Positions 56,578-64,000 of a stretch of 64,000 nucleotides of DNA are shown here, one piece after another. Positions within the stretch are counted from its first letter, which is position 1. The number at the start of each line of letters is the position of its first letter. Under the pieces are notes generated by a model. The model saw only the letters and a list, made by a program, of their open reading frames with translations. It was not told the origin of the DNA and searched no databases. The DNA comes from an uncultured Planctomycetaceae bacterium (GTDB lineage: Bacteria; Planctomycetota; Planctomycetia; Planctomycetales; Planctomycetaceae): assembly GCA_963813715.1 (NCBI GenBank), contig CAWFAK010000014.1:96001-160000 (forward strand), read 5' to 3'. The translations under genes were made by a program, and so were the position numbers.

Positions 56578-57045
56578 CTATTCGATCCAGGAAATCGTCG
56601 AGTCGTAGGCCACGCCCGTGCCCGACGAGAACGACAGCGAGCGCAGGCCCAGCCCGTTGTTTTGCGTGGCGATGAGCATGGCTTCCTTGCCGTCGCGGGG
56701 GATCCAGCGGACCGTATTTCGCTGATGGCAGTTGAGCCGCCAGAGCGTCTTGCCCGAGGTGTAGGTGGGCTCGGTGCTGAAGCTGCCGGCATTCACGCCG
56801 AACTGCCCCGCCGGTCCGCCCGGATCGTCCTGGGCAGGCGTGATGGCCGTGCCTCCGGAGCCGGCGGTGGTGGTGCGGTTGAAGAAGAACTCGGCGATCT
56901 GATCGGCCGGCGTAGCCGGACACGAAATGTCAACTTCGCCGACCTTCCCCCGCGTGGTGGGAGTGGAGAGGGTCTGGTACAGGTTCTGCATCGTCAGGTT
57001 CGTCCCGACGGTGACAGAAGCTGTTGAATCAAAGGGCTCGGGCAT
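56578..57045 (-). CDS. Putative virion structural protein
   Basis: T/G-rich, TPADQ..EF..NRTTTAG...EPTYT. Confidence 0.6.
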   Translation of the reverse strand: MPEPFDSTASVTVGTNLTMQNLYQTLSTPTTRGKVGEVDISCPATPADQIAEFFFNRTTTAGSGGTAITPAQDDPGGPAGQFGVNAGSFSTEPTYTSGKTLWRLNCHQRNTVRWIPRDGKEAMLIATQNNGLGLRSLSFSSGTGVAYDSTISWIE

Positions 57046-57085
57046 GGAATTCGTCTTTCAAAAAACAGGGAGTTAGGGTTGAGGT

Positions 57086-58483
57086 TCAAATCGCGATGTG
57101 CAGGCAGCCTTGTTTGACCGAAGTCCCGCATTGAGAGTTCGCGTCGTCGTTGAATTGCAGGTGCTGCCCGTCGTCGTACGTGGAGAACGTTGCTTCGCTC
57201 GACCATGGGCCTTGAATCGTTCCCGACCAATCGCTGTTGGTGGAGTCGATGACAGTGGCCATCTCTAAGCCGTACTGCGTATCCGGAGTCAGCGAGCTCA
57301 GATTGAATGGGCTTCCATTCCCACCGCCGCCCGTGTTGCTAGTGCTACCGCTGGTCCAGTTCGCCGCGCCGACTGGATGCTCATAGCGATAGGCGTAATC
57401 ACCGAAGCCGATGTTGCTACCGATCGTCGGGGGCGAGAATGAGATACTGATGCCCGTCGTGCCGTGGCCCGGGGAGATACTGGTCGGCGCGGCTGGTTCG
57501 GTCGCCCAAGCCACACCGCTCGACGCCGCGCTAGTCCCGCCGGTGCCGACCGCTTCGACTTCGAACGCGTATTCGGTGCCGGCCGTCAGTCCGGTAACCG
57601 TCGTGCTGGTGCCGCTGATGCCCGTTTGGAGCGTGCTGTAGGTGCCGCCCTTGGTGCTGGACTGGAGCAGGTTGTAGGACGTGGCACCGCTCGAGGAATT
57701 CCAACTGATGTCCAGCACCGTGGTCGGGTTGGTGGAGTCGTTCGTGACGGCCAAGCCCGTGGGCGTGGGCGGGGCACTTGCCGCCTGCTCATAAGCGACA
57801 GCGATCGCCGTAGCCAAACTGACACTGCTTGTGGTGAAAGCCGGATTGATGCTGCTCTGCGTGGATGAAACAGAAGCTCAGGAGGCGCTTGCCGGTCGAT
57901 GCGATGGTGAACTGGCCGATTTCGGTAAAACCTGACGGCCCGGTAATGCTGTCGCCGGTTGACGACGAGGTGCCCCCCATTGCGACGAGGATGATGTCAT
58001 TGGCGTTGGTTGTTGAAAACGATCCGGTGGCCGGATTGCCAGTGCTGCTTCCACTTCCGGCTTGTGTGACATCCACGGTCGCGCTGCTGCCGAGTCCGGA
58101 GACTTCGGCCGCAGAGATGTCTAAACTACTGCTCGCCCGCTGGCGCCCCATGTCGCTGTGATTTTGAAACTGCTGCCGCCCGTGATGTTGGCGGCGACCC
58201 AAATGCTGACGAAGGCGGTCCCGGACGGGATATTGTTGCTGACGGGATTGCTCAGGACGTCGGTGGTGCCACTTGAATAGCCATTGCACAAAGCACAGGT
58301 ATACGAATTACCCTCAGTGTCGCTCAGAGACAGTGTGGTCGAGGAAGTGGTGTTCGACCCCGTAACGCACACGACGATGGCGTTGCCCATGGTCGTGGCC
58401 GATCCGAAGGCAGACGATTGAATCGAGGTGCTATTTGTCGTCGCGGAGGCAGCCAGAGTCTGAACGACCGAGATGCTCACCAA
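57086..58483 (-). CDS. S/T-rich protein with fibronectin type III domains (frameshifted)
   Basis: PTPTGLAVT...ISWN...GLTAGTEYAFEVEA; LTPDTQY. Confidence 0.75.
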
Positions 58484-58510
58484 TGGTCCCTATGCGTTAG
58501 AATCTGAGGC

Positions 58511-59524
58511 ATGAAGGCGCGAATCGCCCCGACCGCGATCGTCCTCGCCATCGCGACGGCGACACTTTGCTCGTTCGGAGCCGTAGCCTATCAGCACGGC
58601 CGGCGGACGGCGCCGCTCGCCAGGTTTCTCGATCCGCGGCTCGCACCCACAATTGACGAAGCGTTCGTTAGCTTCCCGGTCGAATACGCACTGCGAGCGG
58701 ACGAAGCGAATGACGTCGTGTTCCTGGGCGACAGCATCTGCCACGACGATGTTGACCCCGCGCGGCTGAGCGGACTGAAGTCCTACAATCTCGGAAGCCT
58801 GGGAAGCGTCGGGCCGCTCGGAATATTGCTGACCGCCGAAGCATATCTGGATCATCATCCGAAGCCGCGACTGATAGTGCTCTGCATCTCGCCGCTGCGA
58901 TTTGAGGTGAGCTCGGGTTCGGCTGGCGGACACGTCGCGCGTCGCCTGGTGGCGAATTACGGACCCGAGGTCGTCGGTATCGTGCCGATCACGCAAAGCC
59001 TGATGTACTTCATCAGGCGGGGAGCCCTCGAAGCCAGCGGGCGGACCGGAGGCGAGGCGCTGCTCGATAGGCCGTTGCGAGGCATGGATTCCGAAAGCTT
59101 TATTAGCCTCGGTCGCCGCATGAAGGCCTCCCGCGGATTCTTTGCACTGCCTGGCGAACATGGCGGTCGTTGGTCGGTCGAGTTCCCAGCTCCACAGCCG
59201 TTCATCCTCGACAAGTGGAAGGACGGCCTGAGTCGATTGGCCGCGCTGTGCAAGGCGTCCGGCGTTCCCATGATCGTGCGATTCGGGCCGATCTGGTCCG
59301 GCGTCTCGAAATCGCGAGACTTCACCGCGCTTGACTCCTGGGCCGACGAACTTGAGGTCACGAGCGCCAATGTCCGCGTGTCCCGGCCGATCGTCCTCGC
59401 GTGGGACCGCGACGTGATGTGGGACTGCTTGCACCTGAACTCCGCCGGTGTGGCCCGCTTTATGCCGATGGTCGCGAACGACGTGCGGGCGATTCTGCAA
59501 CGGGAATCCGTCAAAGGTCATTGA
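58511..59524 (+). CDS. Membrane-anchored SGNH-like hydrolase/acyltransferase
   Basis: FLGDS, YNLG, WDCLHLN (DxxH). Confidence 0.75.
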   Translation: MKARIAPTAIVLAIATATLCSFGAVAYQHGRRTAPLARFLDPRLAPTIDEAFVSFPVEYALRADEANDVVFLGDSICHDDVDPARLSGLKSYNLGSLGSVGPLGILLTAEAYLDHHPKPRLIVLCISPLRFEVSSGSAGGHVARRLVANYGPEVVGIVPITQSLMYFIRRGALEASGRTGGEALLDRPLRGMDSESFISLGRRMKASRGFFALPGEHGGRWSVEFPAPQPFILDKWKDGLSRLAALCKASGVPMIVRFGPIWSGVSKSRDFTALDSWADELEVTSANVRVSRPIVLAWDRDVMWDCLHLNSAGVARFMPMVANDVRAILQRESVKGH

Positions 59525-59596
59525 GTCGGCGGTCGGTGCACGTCGCGCGGATTGTGTCGAGCCGATGGCGCGGAGCCGGGTGGGCGAATAAAATGA

Positions 59597-60652
59597 ATGT
59601 TCATGGCGACCCAGGCGGCCAACTCGAAAGACGGTTTCTTCCAGATTTGGTTGGCTGGTTCCGTCTTGGCGGTGACGGCGGTCTCGATTGTCGCTCTGGG
59701 GGCGATCGCCTATGGCGTTGGTGCCGGCGTCAACCGCGAATTGCGGTTCTTCCAACGGGGGGAACGGCCGACTGCTGATGAAGCGATTGCGGTTTGTCCC
59801 GTCGAGTACGCGCTCGGGACGAGCGACAAAAATGACGTGATCTTTTTGGGCGACAGCACGTGCCACACTGGCGCCGACCCCCGCGTCTTCGAGCGCATGA
59901 CCGGCCTGGTCGCCTACAACCTGGGCAGCCTTCGCGGCGTGGGGGCGTCGGGCTTCGTCATCACGCTCAAGGCGTATCTGTTGCATCATGCGAAGCCGCG
60001 GGCCGTCGTGCTCTGCGTTTCGCCGACGTGCTTCGAGGATGAGGCTGCCCGCATTGGCGGTCCGCTCCCGAAGGCGTTTGCCGCCAATTACGGACCGGAG
60101 GTGGCCGAGGTCGTGCCGCCGCTCGAGCGGATTTCGTACTTCTGCAAGCGAGGCGTGTGGTCTATCTGGCAGCCAGCCTTCGTCGATCGATTGCAGGGCC
60201 AGGACGTGCGTGACGTTCCGCTCAAGGGGATCAAAGAGGAGGAGACGTATCACACGCTGCAGCGCAAAACGCTCGACGGCCGGGGATTCTTCGGCCTGCC
60301 CGGCAGCCACGGGCCGCCGAAGGGAATTGCGAGCGGAGGGGATGTCGTCATTCGCGAAGAATGGAGAGAGGGCGTCGAGCGCATCGCACAAATCTGCGAG
60401 GAGGCGGGCATGACGCTCGTCGTGGTATTTGCTCCGGTCTCGGCCGACGTGGCCCGCGCCCGGAACTTCGGGCCGCTGGAAACTTTGGCCGGCGAACTCG
60501 AATCGACCTTCCCTCACACGGCGGTCGTCCGGCCGATCGTGCGAACTTACGATGCTCCCCTGATGTGGGACGGGCTGCATCTCAATTCCGCCGGCGTCGA
60601 AAAGTTCCAGGCGAGCATCGCCAAGGACGTGCAGGCCGCATTGAAGCGTTGA
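59597..60652 (+). CDS. Membrane-anchored SGNH-like hydrolase/acyltransferase, paralog 2
   Basis: FLGDS, YNLG, WDGLHLN. Confidence 0.75.
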   Translation: MFMATQAANSKDGFFQIWLAGSVLAVTAVSIVALGAIAYGVGAGVNRELRFFQRGERPTADEAIAVCPVEYALGTSDKNDVIFLGDSTCHTGADPRVFERMTGLVAYNLGSLRGVGASGFVITLKAYLLHHAKPRAVVLCVSPTCFEDEAARIGGPLPKAFAANYGPEVAEVVPPLERISYFCKRGVWSIWQPAFVDRLQGQDVRDVPLKGIKEEETYHTLQRKTLDGRGFFGLPGSHGPPKGIASGGDVVIREEWREGVERIAQICEEAGMTLVVVFAPVSADVARARNFGPLETLAGELESTFPHTAVVRPIVRTYDAPLMWDGLHLNSAGVEKFQASIAKDVQAALKR

Positions 60653-60666
60653 GCAAGTTTGCTGCG

Positions 60667-62222
60667 TCATGCGGCCACCTGCACTTTCGTGCCGGCGGGG
60701 ACGCTATAGAGCGCCGGATCGGTATACGGTCCGTACTGTTCGTAGGCCGACTGCCCGGCCGCGTTCGTGACCGTCGCTCCGTAGACGCCCGCCGTCGGCG
60801 TGAAGGTGACTGTGGACGGAGTGCCGGAGACGCCAGTCAGGCTTGGCGTGATCGTCGCGGACGGACGCAGCGACAGGTCGTGGAACCAGGCCGCGTGCGA
60901 CGGCAATCCGCTCGCCATTACGGGATCGACGCGGAAGTCGTAGACGGTTGGCGTCCAATAGGGCGAACCCTCGCCTTGCACCTGTGAGTGCAGCCACGAG
61001 TACAAGAAGACAGCGTCGAGGTCTTGTGCGATGGCCGCTTTGACGAGGGCGGCGGTCACCTGCGAGCGCTCGGCCGCCGGATCGACCGGATTGCCGGAGT
61101 ACTGGCCAACGGGACCCCACTCGGTGCAGAACTGCGGCTTGCCGCCCCATCCGCAGCCCGCGGCCACGGCGGCGAATCGCGTGCGGTTGCTCGCCGCGGT
61201 TGCGGATGACACGGTTTGACCGTTGAGAAATCCGTTCGTGTCGGTCGGCGCGTAGCGGCTATAGAAGTGAAAATCGATCGCGTCGCCGACGGCTGCGGGC
61301 GCCGCCAGGCTCGCGTACGGAGCGTCACCGTAATAGGTGCCGGCGACCACGAGCGCATGCGTCAGGCTGCGCACGTTCGCGGCCTGAGCACTTAGCACGG
61401 CCGTCTCGGTGGCGACGCAGAACTCTTGGTGCTGGGCATTGCCAAATTTGTTCGCCACGACGTCGTTGGCCTGGCACCAGGCGGCGGTGGCCGTGTTGAA
61501 GAGCCCGTTCAGCACGGGATCGCGGTGTAGGACCACGGATTGTCTTTGGCCAGCGAATGCTCGTTCTGCAGGATGACGGCCATCAAAGTGGGGTCGTCAC
61601 CCAGTGCGAGATTCGTATAGGGATTCACCCAGCGGAACAACTGCTGATTGAACTCCGCCTGGAGCTGCATCAAGCCGGCGTCGAACCACATCCAAGGATG
61701 CATGCAGCCGACGGGGTTGCCGAGATAGCTTTGCGAGGTGCACTCGACGAACGTCGGGCAGGCCCAGGAGGGAACGTCAGCAGGCTTGAGCACGCGCTGG
61801 TAGTGCAGGGTGAGGACGATTCGTAGGTTGCGCTGGCCGCAAGCGTTAAAGAACCATCCGAGAGCCTGCAGACTGATCGGGTCGAGTTGCCGCGATCCGG
61901 TCTGCGGTCCGTTGCCGCAGCAGAACAGGTTGCAACCGGTGAAGCAGTCGAGCCCGTGAATGCGGACTGCTCGTACGCCGGCGTTGACCAGGTTGTCGAG
62001 CTGGGCGGCCACCAGCTGGGTCGAGTTCGTATTGAGCGCGGGATGGCCATTTTGCATCGTGACCATTCCCAGGATCGCCCAGTTATCGACGTTGACGCCG
62101 AAGAACGTGGCACGCTGCTGCCCGACTGCAAGGTGGCCGTTCTGAACCGTCACCGGTCCGGCGCTGATCGGCGGTGCCGTCGGCGGGCCAAACCAGATTG
62201 TGGGAGGGGAGGGCGTGCCCAT
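60667..62222 (-). CDS. Clan GH-A (GH5-like) glycoside hydrolase (frameshift near 61520)
   Basis: FFGVN, VRAVRIH, LTLH, QNEH acid/base, DFHFY, CTEWG nucleophile. Confidence 0.75.
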
Positions 62223-62322
62223 GTCGATTGTGGACTTTTTGAGATCGGTAAGGAAATGCGGGTCCGAGGAGTGATTCAGACGGGGTCGTTCGAGCTCATT
62301 ACGTCAGAGCCGCCTCGCCGCA

Positions 62323-62682
62323 TCACAGTTGTTTGACGGTGAGGCAGACCCATTGGGTGTCCATCCGGACCAAGGCGGCATGCTCGATTCGCCAGTTCGC
62401 TTCGCTCGCGTCTTGGATGATGTCACCGTTGTTGAGGATGTTGCCGTTGGCGGACGGATTGAGCAGAGCATCAGGGACGATCCAGACCTTCGTGCAGCTG
62501 TCATGGCGAAAGTCGCCGAACACACGCTGGGCTTCCGCTTCTTTGAGTTGCGATGCGGCGGCGATGCTGACCGTCGTTCCGCTCCCGCCGCCCCCGGAAG
62601 CCGCGAAGAGCGTGCAGGTCACGGCCTGCGTATCGACCCACGAGACGTATTCTGCTTCCAGGATCGATTTGATCGTGCTCAC
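62323..62682 (-). CDS. Putative head-closure protein
   Basis: 119 aa, GDIIQD...WRI...WVCLT; synteny. Confidence 0.5.
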   Translation of the reverse strand: MSTIKSILEAEYVSWVDTQAVTCTLFAASGGGGSGTTVSIAAASQLKEAEAQRVFGDFRHDSCTKVWIVPDALLNPSANGNILNNGDIIQDASEANWRIEHAALVRMDTQWVCLTVKQL

Positions 62683-62685
62683 GAC

Positions 62686-62928
62686 TTAGACGTGTCCTCG
62701 GGTCTGAAACTGATAAGGTCCACCGATGATGGAAATCTGATCGTTGAGCCGGTCGATCTCATCGAGCAGCGACTTGCGATAACCAACCTGGTCGACGCTT
62801 ACGCCTTCGCCGGTGGTGTTGGGTCCGCCGCCCGGCGTGGTTGTCGTCATCGCCGCCAACTGCGCATAGATCGCACTCCGTCGAGCGAGGAGATTCGTCA
62901 AATCTTGAGGGCTGGGAAGACCCGACAT
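62686..62928 (-). CDS. Putative head-tail joining protein (gpW-like)
   Basis: 80 aa helix-hairpin-helix: GVSVDQVGYRKSLLDEIDRLN. Confidence 0.55.
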   Translation of the reverse strand: MSGLPSPQDLTNLLARRSAIYAQLAAMTTTTPGGGPNTTGEGVSVDQVGYRKSLLDEIDRLNDQISIIGGPYQFQTRGHV

Positions 62929-62972
62929 GGATGTGTCGTGCTTTCGGCGGAATTGGGCGGAGCGGAAAAGAG

Positions 62973-63048
62973 AAGCACCATCGGGCTGACGCCCGACGCT
63001 CGCCGGTCCACGGGCTGGCGAGCCGCCGGTGTCAGCCGGCGGGTGCTT
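62973..63048. repeat. Imperfect inverted REP-like doublet (family D)
   Basis: AAGCACCATCGGGCTGACGCCCGACGCTCGCC / GGCGAGCCGCCGGTGTCAGCCGGCGGGTGCTT. Confidence 0.6.
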
Positions 63049-63074
63049 TGGGCGCTTAACGCTGCGAGAGCGGT

Positions 63075-63854
63075 TCACGCCGCGCTGGTCGTGAGCTCGA
63101 ACTGGTACGCGTCGCGGTTCCAGCGGAGGCACGCGTTCGGCACGAAGCGCCGGCTTTCCGCCTCGTAGCTCGCCTTCGTCCAGGGAAGTTGCTGCGCTCC
63201 CATCCAGAATTGCTGGGACTGTTCGCGCCCGTGCGAATCGATGACCGTCCGCGATTCCTTCTTCGTTTCGCAGCTTTCGACGATGTGGTAATAGCCGCTG
63301 GGGCCGTATTGCTGGCCGTTGTCGTTCTTCATCCGTGTCGCCAGATGAATTTGCGGCGGATCGCACCACTCGCACTTGAAGCGGTGCCGATGCGACTGGG
63401 CTCCGAGGTTCTTGATCGCGACGTACTGACCGATCGCGTCGGCTTCGTCGATGCCGTAGAGGAACATCGCCATCGAATCGGTGCCGCGGGCGACGGCGAA
63501 GAGCTTCACCGGAACGAGCCGCTCGACGACCGATTCGCCAGGCTGCGACGGATCCTCGCCGGCGAAGACGTACGGTTTTTCGCTCACTGATTGGGTGGCT
63601 GGGGTCGGACTCCCCTGGCTTTTGGCCAGATCGCCGGATTGCGAGAGCGAGCTGCTCTCGACCCCAGCCGCCCGACCGGAGGTGCCAATCTGGAAGTAAA
63701 CTTGCAGCGCGTGGTCGGCCCGGTCATCGATCTCGGCGGCGGCCGTCTGCGCGGTTTCCTCGTCGAGCTTTCCTTCGGCGATCAATTTCTTCACCGCGGA
63801 GACGACCTTCGCAGTCTCGAGCTTGTGGGTCTTGGCCGAGTCTTGAAGTGTCAT
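63075..63854 (-). CDS. Hypothetical phage protein
   Basis: 259 aa, AGGAG RBS. Confidence 0.65.
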   Translation of the reverse strand: MTLQDSAKTHKLETAKVVSAVKKLIAEGKLDEETAQTAAAEIDDRADHALQVYFQIGTSGRAAGVESSSLSQSGDLAKSQGSPTPATQSVSEKPYVFAGEDPSQPGESVVERLVPVKLFAVARGTDSMAMFLYGIDEADAIGQYVAIKNLGAQSHRHRFKCEWCDPPQIHLATRMKNDNGQQYGPSGYYHIVESCETKKESRTVIDSHGREQSQQFWMGAQQLPWTKASYEAESRRFVPNACLRWNRDAYQFELTTSAA

Positions 63855-63971
63855 GTTTTCTCCTGCGGCCTGGCCGCATGTGAGGTTGACTTGTGAACGT
63901 CCGACTAGGTTCTTGCTAGACGGACTGGGTGTTTAGTCGCTTCCATGCGGTTAGCCCGCACCAGCGGCGTT

Positions 63972-64000
63972 CTACGCCGTGCATTTCGCCACGTAGCGCG
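63972..64000 (-). CDS. 3' tip of upstream gene, possibly major capsid protein
   Basis: ...RYVAKCTA*; position upstream of head-tail genes only. Confidence 0.3.

Larger units (their letters stand above)
37177..64000 (-). mobile_element. Prophage or phage-derived morphogenesis cluster (continues past window; left boundary approximate)
   Basis: Co-oriented head-tail connector, tail tube, chaperone -1 frameshift, tape measure and tail genes; HTH regulators at the left end. Confidence 0.85.

Noticed and set aside
58490..60670. 726-aa minus-strand ORF (and similar long ORFs at 23885-25789, 28351-30288)
   Set aside because: Antisense shadows of well-supported genes in high-GC DNA; no motifs

Overview
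GC-rich bacterial DNA that looks like Planctomycetota (two DUF1501 genes, MJ0042-type zinc-ribbon proteins, PQQ-like propeller, intergenic palindromic repeats). The assembly is indel-rich: even pyrG has a 1-nt insertion, so most split ORFs are treated as single genes. 1-36.7 kb is host backbone: hydrolases, a PAS/GAF hybrid kinase, anti-/anti-anti-sigma pair, kdsB-pyrG-truB, PspA, a Cys-motif secreted-protein cluster, and epimerase plus ArnT-like genes. It also holds a 3.4-kb recombinase-less island at the 3' end of tRNA-Asn, whose two junctions rebuild a symmetric 48-bp serine-integrase-type attP. About 37-64 kb is a prophage-like element. It starts with a gene-poor regulatory end (excisionase-like and XRE HTH genes, two promoter-terminator units without ORFs). 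A long minus-strand siphovirus-type head-tail/tail operon follows, with a -1 slippery chaperone pair, a 9-repeat protein of a family I do not recognise, and a clan-A glycoside hydrolase. Two antisense morons interrupt it (zinc-ribbon/2x2 helical-repeat membrane proteins; tandem SGNH-like genes), and host-type palindromic repeats sit in its intergenic gaps. All family calls are from motif recognition by eye; no database searches were run.
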